This document shows positions 1 through 8,837 of a stretch of 64,000 nt of DNA, one piece after another; the first letter of the stretch is position 1; the number at the start of each line of letters is the position of its first letter. The DNA is from a virus (lineage: Duplodnaviria > Heunggongvirae > Uroviricota > Caudoviricetes). The position numbers and the translations under genes are program-made. The DNA lies in the IMG/VR virus record IMGVR_UViG_3300020200_000004; one strand, 5' to 3'. The notes under the pieces are model-generated. The model ran no database searches. It had not been told where the DNA came from and worked only from the letters and a program-made list of their open reading frames with translations.

Positions 1-276
1 GGAATTGGCTGTATATGTCTCAAGCGGGGATTCAAATGATGGTTGAATTCTTGCCAAAGCTGCTAAATGGTAAATGGTGTCAAATTTAGGTAATTTCTTG
101 ATTTCTTTTAATGTAAGGTTTTCAACGTTTTCTTTTATCAATTTGGCTTCTGGATTTAGGTTTTCCATCTTTCCAGTTGATAAATTGTCTATAACAAAGA
201 CTTTTTCGCCTTGGGCAATTAACGAATCGACAAGGTGACTTCCAACAAAACCAGCACCGCCAGTTACAAGAATCAT
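1..276 (-). CDS. NAD-dependent epimerase/dehydratase (SDR family); N-terminal ~92 aa, the gene continues past the window start
   Basis: Reverse-complement translation from ATG at 276..274 reads MILVTGGAGFVGSHLVDSLIAQGEKVFVIDNL..., the Rossmann GxxGxxG motif of SDR epimerases; GGAG RBS upstream; no stop before the window edge. Confidence 0.6.
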   Translation of the reverse strand, partial: MILVTGGAGFVGSHLVDSLIAQGEKVFVIDNLSTGKMENLNPEAKLIKENVENLTLKEIKKLPKFDTIYHLAALARIQPSFESPLETYTANS

Positions 277-302
277 ATTTTACTCCTTTGTGCTATTATA
301 GT

Positions 303-332
303 AAAAAACCCTGACTTTCATCAGGGTTTTTG
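303..332. terminator. GC hairpin with U-runs on both strands (bidirectional intrinsic-terminator-like); possibly the subterminal hairpin of the TnpB element right end
   Basis: aaccctga-ctttca-tcagggtt stem-loop flanked by A-run and T-run; lies just 3' of the minus-strand tnpB. Confidence 0.5.
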
Positions 333-343
333 TCGATGCCCTT

Positions 344-459
344 GCTATCCTTTTTAGACCCACTTCTCAGTGGCCATTGTTTAAAGTCCCAAAGAATTAA
401 TACGACTGATAACCGAGCTATCCTTTTTAGACGCACTTCTCAGTGGCCATTATTTAGAG
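344..459. repeat. Two ~43-bp imperfect direct repeats (344-386 and 417-459) immediately 3' of minus-strand tnpB; candidate omegaRNA/right-end region
   Basis: gctatcctttttagacCcacttctcagtggccattGtttaAag versus gctatcctttttagacGcacttctcagtggccattAtttaGag. Confidence 0.5.
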
Positions 460-479
460 CCTCAAAGGATGAAATAAGG

Positions 480-1706
480 CTAACCATGCTTAAAAATATT
501 TTCATTATATAAATTTTTGAATTCTTTATTCAATTCTAGCAATCCTATTTCCCATATTCTTTTACCTCTTTCTTTTATATTGATTGCTGAATTTTTATCT
601 CTTCCTATAATAAAATTACATTTAGAACATTCAAAAGTTCTTGTGCCGCTTAATTTTTCATTTAAATGTTTGCAATTTGAGCAAAGCATTGTTGTATAAG
701 GTGTAGGCACTAATACAAATGGCAGTCCTTTATCTTCGCAAATTGTTATTAGCTTAGATATAATCTTGTCTTGACCAAAACTCCCATGCCTTTTACCTAC
801 TTTTAGATTATCAATGCATATGCAAAGTTGATTGTCTTCTATATGTTTAGTAATCTCCTTAACAATATTATCGTATAATCTTGTAAGTTTTTTGTGATAT
901 CTTTTTATTTTTTTCCATTTAGTAGTTTTATCTTTGTTAGCTGCTCTTAATTTGTTTTCTATGTTGCATATTCTTTTCATAATTGGATCATTTTTGGAAA
1001 TTATGTCTATTTTTCTTTCTTTAAAATTAATCATATCTGAAAAAACCATAAAAGTTTTTGGAGTTTTATTCAAATCGAATCCTAAAAAATCTTTGGGTTG
1101 ATATTTCCAAACCACAGGTTTTTTAGTTCTGGCGACAAAATAAAGCTTATTATCTATCGTTGTTAAATTGCCGCCTGCTTCTTCCTTAAGATATTCTTTA
1201 GACCTCATCATGGTGCCGAGCGGAATATCAAATGGAACCGATATATTCTTTTTATCCTTTGAAAAGAAAAATTTAAAATTAATTAACATTTTTTCTTTAT
1301 CAATAGAAACACATCCAGAATATATTTCTAATCCTTTATCATTTCTGTTTTTGAATTTAATATAAGAAGAAGATTTTTTGTTTCTTTTTATATAACTTTG
1401 ATATCTTTGCAGAACTTGCCTTAAAATTTGTCTTTTAATAGTTGTAATTGGTATGTTTTCTTTTTCTGCCAATAATTCTATTTCATTTTCATATAAATGG
1501 TCGGCTTGAGATTTTATGCTTTTAATTATTAGTTTTTTCGCTTTTAATTGTTTGAATACTTTTTTAGAAAAATGATCATACAAAGGAAATAAAAAATTCA
1601 GAAAATCTCTGTTGGTATTTAATAATTCTAGTTTTAAACATCTGTTCTTGGTTGTGCCAAATTTATAGTTGTTGTTTTGTATTTTGATTAATTCTTTTAT
1701 ATTCAT
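480..1706 (-). CDS. tnpB: TnpB-like RuvC nuclease (IS200/IS605 OrfB family), solo; no TnpA nearby
   Basis: 408 aa. RuvC-I-like FLGFDLN, RuvC-II-like ICIDNLKV (Asp where Glu is typical), zinc finger CSNC...CSKC, RuvC-III RDKNSAINI. Confidence 0.8.
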   Translation of the reverse strand: MNIKELIKIQNNNYKFGTTKNRCLKLELLNTNRDFLNFLFPLYDHFSKKVFKQLKAKKLIIKSIKSQADHLYENEIELLAEKENIPITTIKRQILRQVLQRYQSYIKRNKKSSSYIKFKNRNDKGLEIYSGCVSIDKEKMLINFKFFFSKDKKNISVPFDIPLGTMMRSKEYLKEEAGGNLTTIDNKLYFVARTKKPVVWKYQPKDFLGFDLNKTPKTFMVFSDMINFKERKIDIISKNDPIMKRICNIENKLRAANKDKTTKWKKIKRYHKKLTRLYDNIVKEITKHIEDNQLCICIDNLKVGKRHGSFGQDKIISKLITICEDKGLPFVLVPTPYTTMLCSNCKHLNEKLSGTRTFECSKCNFIIGRDKNSAINIKERGKRIWEIGLLELNKEFKNLYNENIFKHG

Positions 1707-1743
1707 GCAAATTAATATAAACTAAACAAACATATAATACAAT

Positions 1744-2664
1744 ATGAAAATTGATATACTTGGCTTCTACAACCAAAATGCTGGCGACTCTCAATATAAA
1801 GTCTCCTTCCCAATCCTTTTCCCTCATCATAAATTCAATTTTGTAAATGACATAAAACCAAACAAGGAAAGGGATTGCGTAATTTTAGGCGGTGGGGATG
1901 TATTAAATGACTATTTCTATAAAGAATTGCAAAAAGCAGATTGTAAGAAATATGCTATGTCTGTAGATAGATCGCCATTATCACCTAAATTTGAAGAGAT
2001 ATGCGAATCTATTATTTACAGAAATGAAGACTGTCCAGATTTTGCTTTCGCACTTAAGGCAAATAAAGAGAACGGAAAAAAACGTCTTAAAAGTTTAGCT
2101 CAAGGCATAAATTTATACGAAAATGTGATTGCTATTGTAGTTAATGCTTATTTGCAGAAACAAGGAACTGATCAATTAGCCAGAGAATATCTTAATTTTC
2201 AGAAAGTTGCGTTCGATTTGGCTCAGGTTATTGACGCCACAAATGCTAGCTTCATTTTTATCCCATTTTGCACATCTTTCCCAGCTAATGACTGTCTGAC
2301 GAATTCTGTGGTTTATTCTAAAGCAAAATTCTGGGATAAAAACTTGATGATTTTTGAACCATTGCCGTTTTATGACATTCTGGATATAATATCTGTTTGC
2401 CAAGCTTGTGTGACAACTAGACTTCATGCAGCCATTTTCTCCTGTATCGGCGGCACACCTTTTGTAGATTTAACTCATCATGATAAGAATAGAAGGTTTA
2501 TAGAATACATTGATAAGCCTTGGAGTTTAGATTATTGGCATTTTGATTCATCTAAATTAAAATTTTGGTTGGATGAATTCATTTTAAATCAAGAAAAATA
2601 TCGTGCGGAAGTAAGTAAAATAAAAGAAAAAATTGAATTTACAAATGTGAAAAATGCGATATAA
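1744..2664 (+). CDS. Polysaccharide pyruvyl transferase-like
   Basis: 306 aa; ILGGGDVLND and TRLHAAIFSCIGGTPFV resemble CsaB/WcaK-type pyruvyl transferase motifs. Confidence 0.4.
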   Translation: MKIDILGFYNQNAGDSQYKVSFPILFPHHKFNFVNDIKPNKERDCVILGGGDVLNDYFYKELQKADCKKYAMSVDRSPLSPKFEEICESIIYRNEDCPDFAFALKANKENGKKRLKSLAQGINLYENVIAIVVNAYLQKQGTDQLAREYLNFQKVAFDLAQVIDATNASFIFIPFCTSFPANDCLTNSVVYSKAKFWDKNLMIFEPLPFYDILDIISVCQACVTTRLHAAIFSCIGGTPFVDLTHHDKNRRFIEYIDKPWSLDYWHFDSSKLKFWLDEFILNQEKYRAEVSKIKEKIEFTNVKNAI

Positions 2665-2841
2665 TGTTGCATGGACAAATCATTGATGAGACGAGTTCTA
2701 ACTTACATGTTGGAAAATGATTTCACCAAGCCAATTGAGCAGGCAGTTGTTTTGGCCATGATGAATCGCCTAACTAAAGAAGAACAAGAAACTGTTGAAA
2801 GAATTTATAAAGAATTAATCGAAGAAGAAAAAGAGTGAAAA

Positions 2842-3669
2842 ATGGCTGAAAATACGAAGATTCAATGGACGCACCACACGCAAAATTTTTGGGTTGGCTG
2901 TACAAAAGTAGCGCATGGCTGTAAATTCTGTTACGCTGAAGAATTAATGGCTAATCGTTACAAAAGAGTTAAATGGGGGCCAGAAGGCGTTAGGTCTAAG
3001 ACAAAGACATGGCATGATCCTATTAGATGGAATAAGAAAGCAGGCGAATTAGGCGAAAAACAGAAAGTCTTTGCTTGTTCCTTGTGCGATGTATTTGAAG
3101 ATCGCCCAGAGTTAGTCCCTTGGAGAAAAGAAGCATTTGAATTAATAGATAAATGCCCAAATTTAGACTGGTTGATGTTAACTAAAAGACCTGGCAATAT
3201 AGTTGATATGTGGCCAGATACTTTCCCCACGTTAAGAGAGAATGTCTGGTTGGGCACAAGTATTTCATTACAGGACGAAGTGGATTCTGCTGTATCTGCT
3301 TTGTTGACTGCTAAGGAATTATGCCAGTATTTGTTTTTATCAGTTGAGCCTCAGATTGGCAAAATTGATTTATCAGACTATTTGTTTCCCGAACCGTTAG
3401 TGGATTGGGTTATTGTAGGTGGGGAAAGTAAACAAGGCAAGGAAGACCCAAGGCCATTTGATATTGAATGGGGTAGGTTTTTGTTGAATCAGTGTCAAGA
3501 AGCTAGTATCCCTTGTTTCATGAAGCAATTTGGTTCTATTGTTTACGATAATGGAGTCAGGGTGCATTTTAAGGATGGGCATGGTGGTGATTGGGATGAA
3601 TGGGCAGATGAATTACGTGTAAGGGAATGTCCAGAATCTGGCAAAGAACCACAATGGAGCAAAATATAA
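2842..3669 (+). CDS. Phage Gp37/Gp68-family protein (DUF5131-like)
   Basis: N-terminus IQWTHHTQNFWVGCTKVAHGCKFCYAE matches the Gp37/Gp68 IEWT..WNP..GC...GC..CYA pattern. Confidence 0.55.
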   Translation: MAENTKIQWTHHTQNFWVGCTKVAHGCKFCYAEELMANRYKRVKWGPEGVRSKTKTWHDPIRWNKKAGELGEKQKVFACSLCDVFEDRPELVPWRKEAFELIDKCPNLDWLMLTKRPGNIVDMWPDTFPTLRENVWLGTSISLQDEVDSAVSALLTAKELCQYLFLSVEPQIGKIDLSDYLFPEPLVDWVIVGGESKQGKEDPRPFDIEWGRFLLNQCQEASIPCFMKQFGSIVYDNGVRVHFKDGHGGDWDEWADELRVRECPESGKEPQWSKI

Positions 3670-3711
3670 AACTTTTCGACAAAGAAAAATGTTTGAAGCT
3701 GTTGGCCATTC

Positions 3712-3725
3712 TTAATTGTACCAAG
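3712..3725 (+). promoter_or_regulatory. Conserved motif TTAATTGTACCAAG, copy 1
   Basis: Exact 14-mer 8 nt upstream of ATG 3733. Confidence 0.5.
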
Positions 3726-3732
3726 TAGACCC

Positions 3733-4017
3733 ATGAAAACCATTTGGCAAAAAATTGGCAGTCGAAGCGGCCCAAGAAGTGATGAATTACCAAAACAAGT
3801 TCCAGAAAAAGGGACTTGGGATGATGACCGTGGACAAATTATTGCTTACCACATTGATCAAGATGGTAATGTAACTATCGGTGACGTTTTATGGCGTCGT
3901 GGTCGATGGGAAAAGCAATATGATAATGTAACTAAAAGGGATGAAATCAATTTTTGCCTTTATGGTCCAGGCTATTCTGACTATGAGTGCACATGTGTCA
4001 AGGTAGAAGAATTTTAA
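3733..4017 (+). CDS. Hypothetical protein (94 aa)
   Basis: ORF with ATG start directly after motif copy 1. Confidence 0.4.
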   Translation: MKTIWQKIGSRSGPRSDELPKQVPEKGTWDDDRGQIIAYHIDQDGNVTIGDVLWRRGRWEKQYDNVTKRDEINFCLYGPGYSDYECTCVKVEEF

Positions 4018-4094
4018 TTGTACATTGCAATTCGCACTTCATCCGTAAAGTGACCTGTATTTTAGCTATTCAGGTGTAGAATTGCAAGAGAATT

Positions 4095-4108
4095 TTAATT
4101 GTACCAAG
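4095..4108 (+). promoter_or_regulatory. Conserved motif TTAATTGTACCAAG, copy 2; a degenerate copy ttaattgtacattg lies at 4015-4028
   Basis: Exact 14-mer in the 240-bp intergenic region upstream of the sigma-factor gene. Confidence 0.45.
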
Positions 4109-4154
4109 AAGGGCATGAACCTTTTGGTTTTTCTGTGTCTCTTGTAAAAGGAGA

Positions 4155-4182
4155 TTGACAATTTCAGCATTTTCTGTACAAT
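4155..4182 (+). promoter_or_regulatory. Host-type sigma-70 promoter (TTGACA-16-TACAAT) upstream of the sigma-factor gene
   Basis: ttgaca at 4155-4160, 16-nt spacer, tacaat at 4177-4182, about 75 nt upstream of ATG 4258. Confidence 0.5.
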
Positions 4183-4257
4183 GATAGATTGCAGGGAATG
4201 CGGGCTTTCTGGGATGAAGGTCAAACAACCACACCACAGTACGAAAGGGTATCTTAA

Positions 4258-5220
4258 ATGGGGATTCCTAGCATTTCACTTTCCAAGGAAGAATTGGAAC
4301 AAAATTGCCGCATTATGCGTAAGGGTAACACAATCTTACGCAAGTTCAGCGAAATAACTGGACTCAGCTTAAAAGCATTCCGCATCCGTCTATTCAAGGT
4401 TGGTCCAGATGTAAAGGAGAACTGGCCTGAATTGACCTTGGCACAACTGGAAGAATTGCAATTTGGTTGGAAGGCAATTCAGCATATCAAGGCAATTGAA
4501 TGGGATATGATTCAGTGTTTTTCTCGCCTTGTGCATCAGCTTGCTTCTCGTTTTTGCAAAGGTTATCAGCTACGCACCAGTGGCTCAATTATTTCGATTG
4601 CCGATTGCGTTCAAGAAGCTACTTTAGCTTTAATTGATGCAATTTTCACTTATGATAATGAAAAAATTAAGTTTATTACCTATGCATTTACGTGTATCAG
4701 GAATAAGCTGACTCAGATGGTTGCCAAGAATGCTCCTCTTAGCCCATTGACAGGGGAAGTGCCTGATTTGATGCGTCGTTATGAGATTCAGAAGGCAAGT
4801 TATAATCGTCATGTGACTGATGATGAGGTTTTCGCTGATCTTAAGTTGGACGAGCGGGAAATTAAGATTTTGACCAAGGCTAAAGCTAAGGTTTGGACTT
4901 CTAGGGAATGGCGTGACACCGATGAATCTCGTAGTTTTTCAAATGACTATACTGAGGCTCGTCATGGCATTGAACATGAGAAGCCTTTCCCGGCTGACTT
5001 TGAAATTGAAGAAGTAATTGGCCGGGCTGGTTTGGATGAGATTGAGAAGAAGATCATTGCTACAGCTATACGTCCTTATGCTGGGTGGCAGACTGATCTT
5101 GCTGCAAACAATATCAATCCAAACACTGGCAAGCCTTATACCCGTCAGCGTATGGGTCAGATTGTGCATGCTGCCTATGATAAGGTTCGCAAGGCATTGG
5201 CGTTAACTGAGAGTAGGTAA
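4258..5220 (+). CDS. Sigma-70-family RNA polymerase sigma factor (phage-encoded)
   Basis: 320 aa; region-2-like ADCVQEATLALIDAIFTYDNEKIKFITYAFTCIRNKL (FxTYA..IR); C-terminal region-4-like TRQRMGQIVHAAYDKVRKAL. Confidence 0.55.
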   Translation: MGIPSISLSKEELEQNCRIMRKGNTILRKFSEITGLSLKAFRIRLFKVGPDVKENWPELTLAQLEELQFGWKAIQHIKAIEWDMIQCFSRLVHQLASRFCKGYQLRTSGSIISIADCVQEATLALIDAIFTYDNEKIKFITYAFTCIRNKLTQMVAKNAPLSPLTGEVPDLMRRYEIQKASYNRHVTDDEVFADLKLDEREIKILTKAKAKVWTSREWRDTDESRSFSNDYTEARHGIEHEKPFPADFEIEEVIGRAGLDEIEKKIIATAIRPYAGWQTDLAANNINPNTGKPYTRQRMGQIVHAAYDKVRKALALTESR

Positions 5221-5260
5221 GAGTGTGGTGTTTTAATTTTACTAAGCTCTCTTATCTCCT

Positions 5261-5296
5261 GCCTGTAGGGATAGCCTTAACCCCTACAGGCTTTTA
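5261..5296 (+). terminator. Rho-independent terminator after the sigma-factor gene
   Basis: cctgtaggg-atagccttaa-ccctacagg stem followed by cttttaatt. Confidence 0.6.
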
Positions 5297-5326
5297 ATTA
5301 TCTTTGTAAGGGACAATGAAAGCGGA

Positions 5327-5362
5327 GTGCCGTTCTATTCTTACGGGAATAGAAGGAAGCAC
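5327..5362 (+). promoter_or_regulatory. Conserved 36-nt hairpin element, copy 1 (UUACGGG loop; 3' arm overlaps the SD)
   Basis: gtgccgttctattcttacgggaatagaaggaagcac; 32 of 36 nt identical to 17143-17178; stem ttctattc/gaatagaa; AAGGAAG SD for GTG 5365 lies in the 3' arm. Confidence 0.5.
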
Positions 5363-5364
5363 CT

Positions 5365-6093
5365 GTGACAAACAATCTAATTAAATATCTGAATAAGCGT
5401 ATTATCCCTTGGCGAAACGATTTTGGGTTGCCAAGGGATATTGCCCATAAAACCCATAGCCCCGTTAATATTTTAATATTAAATGCGGCGACTGAGGTTA
5501 ATAGGTATAATTCACCTTTTTGGGCAACCAAGGAACAATGGAATTCAGTAGGTTGTAAAGTTAGATATTGGGAACAGCCAACTTTAAGTTATTACAACAA
5601 AGACCAAGTAGATGGAAGCTTTGCTTGTGCTGCTGACCCTGTTATGTCTTTTAATGAAGTTGATAAGTTAATTGTTGATACCAAGGTTAATATAAAGTTT
5701 TCGCATAAGCTTATTGCTGAATATCATTATCCACCCAATGATTACATTTTGTTTCCTTATAAAATTCATTTTGATATGGGAGAAGGTAAGGAAGCTGGGT
5801 ATTACAATGCAATTTTCCATGAATTAGCCCATTTTACAGAACCTAAATTGGGTTGGGAATCTGAAAAGTATGGTGTGCCGGTTACTGAGTTACGTGCTGA
5901 AATAGCTGCTGACTTCATCACTTCTTATCTGCGTCTCCCACGATTGGCTTTTAATTTAAGAAGTAACCATCACAAGTGGATGGCAGATTGGGTCATGGCT
6001 TTGTCCTATGCTCCAAATTTGCTTGTTGCGGCTGCTGCTTCGGCTTACAATGCATTTAGATTGATTGTGAAGAAATATGCTAACGTATATTGA
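5365..6093 (+). CDS. ArdC-like protein (N-terminal ssDNA-binding-like region plus HExxH metallopeptidase-like motif)
   Basis: 242 aa, GTG start; NRYNSPFWATKEQWNSVGCKVR resembles the ArdC-N (DUF1738) motif; HELAH motif downstream. Confidence 0.4.
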   Translation: MTNNLIKYLNKRIIPWRNDFGLPRDIAHKTHSPVNILILNAATEVNRYNSPFWATKEQWNSVGCKVRYWEQPTLSYYNKDQVDGSFACAADPVMSFNEVDKLIVDTKVNIKFSHKLIAEYHYPPNDYILFPYKIHFDMGEGKEAGYYNAIFHELAHFTEPKLGWESEKYGVPVTELRAEIAADFITSYLRLPRLAFNLRSNHHKWMADWVMALSYAPNLLVAAAASAYNAFRLIVKKYANVY

Positions 6094-6502
6094 AGGCGAT
6101 CTGTTTAATTCAAAATGCGAATATGTTATATGCACCGTGAACTGTATTGGTGTAATGGGAAAAGGAATTGCTTTAGAATTTAAGAAGCGATACCCAGAAA
6201 TGTACTTGGCTTATAGAGAGGCTTGTGATAAAGGGGAAGTTAAAATAGGAAAGATGTGGGTTTGGAATAATATTATAAATTTTCCCACTAAAGATGATTG
6301 GCGTAACCCTTCCAAGCTAGAGTATATTAAAGCTGGGTTGTTGGACTTGAAAGTGGTTGTAAGAGAAAGAGGAATAAAAAGTCTTGGGATGCCAAAATTA
6401 GGTTGCTCCAATGGAAAATTAACGTGGGAAGATGTTAAAAAGCTAATTGAGATATTTCATTCAGTGGTTCCAGAATTGGATTTGCAAGTTTATTTAAAAT
6501 GA
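6077..6502 (+). CDS. Macro-domain protein, OARD1/TARG1-like (terminal ADP-ribose glycohydrolase family)
   Basis: EGDLF...CTVNCIGVMGKGIALEFKKRYP and LGMPKLGCSNGKLTWEDV parallel human OARD1 EGDLF...[21 protein letters not shown] and LSMPRIGCGLDRLQWENV. Confidence 0.7.
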   Translation: MLTYIEGDLFNSKCEYVICTVNCIGVMGKGIALEFKKRYPEMYLAYREACDKGEVKIGKMWVWNNIINFPTKDDWRNPSKLEYIKAGLLDLKVVVRERGIKSLGMPKLGCSNGKLTWEDVKKLIEIFHSVVPELDLQVYLK

Positions 6503-7140
6503 TTAATCCTTTTCGCATTACTTTTTCTGGAGTAGATGATACAATTACTCCAGAAGCACTGGCCAGTTTCCAAGTAGACTATCCTGAAATCGACTTGGAA
6601 TGGGGGGTTTTGCTGTCCAAGAAAAGAGCGGGAACAGCAAGATATCCTAGCCTTGACTGGTTAGAGAAGGTAGCAAGATATACTATTTTTTTCAAAGATA
6701 AGTTTAAATTGAATTTAGCTGGTCATCTTCAGGGGCAATGGTTGCAAGAGGTAATAAATGGCGAATTCATGTTTCCTAGTTTGTGGAAAAAGTTATTCAG
6801 AAGGATGCAGTTAAATTTTCATGGGCAGACATTAAATGATAATTTTCCCAATAATTTGAAACTTCGTCCTTTAAATTGGGATATGGATTGCAATATATTC
6901 CAAGTTGTTAATGGCGATGATAGATTGGTGCATAAAGCAAGGAAATTAGGTATAAATGTTTATCCTCTTTATGACTCATCTTGTGGGAATGGCAAAGTAC
7001 CTGACTTTTGGATTAAAGGGTATTTTGATGTAAATGGTTTTGCAGGTGGGTTGGGACCGGATAATATAAAAGAAGAATGGTTTAAGATAGTCGATGCTGC
7101 TGATGGAAAAGACTTCTGGATTGATTGTGAAACACAATAA
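6499..7140 (+). CDS. Hypothetical protein (213 aa)
   Basis: ORF in operon-like + strand run; no motif recognised. Confidence 0.4.
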   Translation: MINPFRITFSGVDDTITPEALASFQVDYPEIDLEWGVLLSKKRAGTARYPSLDWLEKVARYTIFFKDKFKLNLAGHLQGQWLQEVINGEFMFPSLWKKLFRRMQLNFHGQTLNDNFPNNLKLRPLNWDMDCNIFQVVNGDDRLVHKARKLGINVYPLYDSSCGNGKVPDFWIKGYFDVNGFAGGLGPDNIKEEWFKIVDAADGKDFWIDCETQ

Positions 7141-7194
7141 GAACGGATGAAAAGTTTGATTTAGAGAAATGCAAGAAAGTTATAGAAAACATAT

Positions 7195-8241
7195 ATGAAA
7201 TTCACACATTTGCTAGAAATTAAATTAGGGACTTGGTTTGGCATCAAGGTTATTTTAGACTTATGTTTGGTTGTTTTATGGATAACCTTGGCGATAATAA
7301 ATTTCAGTTCTATTGCAATTATATTATCTGTTTATGCATTTGTGCTTTTGCATGAATTTGGGCATGCGTTAGTTGGTAGATATATGGGGTTAAATTGTTA
7401 TCAGATAAAGATATATCCATTTGGAGGGTGCGCCTCATTTAGTAGCGAAATGGATGTGGGATATAAAGAATTTTGGATGGTTGCTGCTGGTCCGTTTGTA
7501 AACATAGTATTGGCATATATCTTTTGTGGTTTGTATTTTGTTTGCCCAAGTTATTTTTTATCTCAATGCACCACTATTAATTTGGCATTAGCTATATTTA
7601 ATTTAGTCCCTCTTTTTCCTATGGATGGCGGGCGTCTTGCAAGAATAGTATTTAATAAAATATTCAACAATACAATAAAAGCTACTCGTTTAGTCAACAT
7701 TGTGGGAATACCCCTGGCTTTGGCCCTATTTGTATTAGCTGTATATTCTTCCAATTTCATTTTGGGCATTATTGCTTTAATAATGCCTTTGGCTGGTACT
7801 TATGAACTTTCTGAGTTAAAACATAAGAAAAAGGCAAAACTTTATTTAGAGGCAGCTTATGCAGCAAAGAATCATGATTATGAAACTCAAGAAAGAATAT
7901 CTAATGAATTACACAGTGACGGGACAAGTGATATAATTAAGAATTATTTTTATATCGAACCCGATTACAAACTGGATTATATCATAGAAGTTTTGGAAAG
8001 CGATTTGGAAGGATATAAAAAGACAGGAGAATTCTTGAAATTTGCTATAGATTTTCACAAGTCTGTAAATGAAAAATTAAAAACATTGCATAAAATGATA
8101 AATGAAGATTTCGCTGACGGAGTATATTACAGAACTAGATTGTGCATTGACAATTTACAGCATAGAGCTTACAGAAAAGAGTTGGAAGAAATTCTTGATA
8201 AGCGTGGTTATATGACAAGATATGCACCTTTTATTAATTAA
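7195..8241 (+). CDS. Site-2 protease family (M50) membrane zinc metalloprotease
   Basis: HEFGHAL (HExxH) in a hydrophobic segment plus NLVPLFPMDGG (LDG-type motif); multiple predicted TM helices. Confidence 0.7.
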   Translation: MKFTHLLEIKLGTWFGIKVILDLCLVVLWITLAIINFSSIAIILSVYAFVLLHEFGHALVGRYMGLNCYQIKIYPFGGCASFSSEMDVGYKEFWMVAAGPFVNIVLAYIFCGLYFVCPSYFLSQCTTINLALAIFNLVPLFPMDGGRLARIVFNKIFNNTIKATRLVNIVGIPLALALFVLAVYSSNFILGIIALIMPLAGTYELSELKHKKKAKLYLEAAYAAKNHDYETQERISNELHSDGTSDIIKNYFYIEPDYKLDYIIEVLESDLEGYKKTGEFLKFAIDFHKSVNEKLKTLHKMINEDFADGVYYRTRLCIDNLQHRAYRKELEEILDKRGYMTRYAPFIN

Positions 8242-8821
8242 CATGAATAAAATTAAGTTAAATAAGGTAGTTGACAGGCAATTTGTGCAAAAGCTATTGT
8301 CTGTAGGCAGAGCCTTTGATGTAGACCAAGGCGGATACTATGATGCCAGATCGGGAGTGGTAAATTTTTGGTGCGGGCCGGATAATAAGCCTTCTTGTTG
8401 GCCTAACGACATTAAAATTGGTGGTCTTAAGCATCCAAGGGATTATGTGGGCGGGTTATATTGGGAAGTAGAAGGGGACGAATTCCATCTTTATTTGGAA
8501 GCTGATCCGTTTAGTTTGCTTGAATTTAGGAGCGGCGACAGATATAATAAGGATTGTCTGTCCAAAGATGATTCGGATTCTGTTTTTGATTGGTTAAAAG
8601 AGCAAGCTGATGGTTTAATACGTTTGGCTGGTGTATCTGTGGAATCAAAGGGTACTAAATGCCCTTTTTGTGATTATGTTTCGCCGCCTACTGAACTTTT
8701 GAATGATTTAATGGATCATATGGAAGGGCATGATGGTGTAAAGGTTACAGGTATATTTATGGGTAAGTCAATTGTCATTGAAACCAACCGTGGCGACTTG
8801 ACATTAGAGGAAAGTTGGTAA
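8222..8821 (+). CDS. Hypothetical protein (about 193 aa; probable start ATG 8243)
   Basis: ORF; CPFCDY zinc-ribbon-like pair near the C-terminus. Confidence 0.4.
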   Translation: MHLLLINMNKIKLNKVVDRQFVQKLLSVGRAFDVDQGGYYDARSGVVNFWCGPDNKPSCWPNDIKIGGLKHPRDYVGGLYWEVEGDEFHLYLEADPFSLLEFRSGDRYNKDCLSKDDSDSVFDWLKEQADGLIRLAGVSVESKGTKCPFCDYVSPPTELLNDLMDHMEGHDGVKVTGIFMGKSIVIETNRGDLTLEESW

Positions 8822-8837
8822 AATAAGAGGGTTTGAA

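Noticed and set aside
4015-4030. Spacer 4 (tatttgattgtacattgcattacaatcgcc...) shares a 13-nt string (attgtacattgca) with the degenerate motif copy at 4015
   Set aside because: Only 13 contiguous nt match and the flanks diverge. This is too short to call self-targeting.
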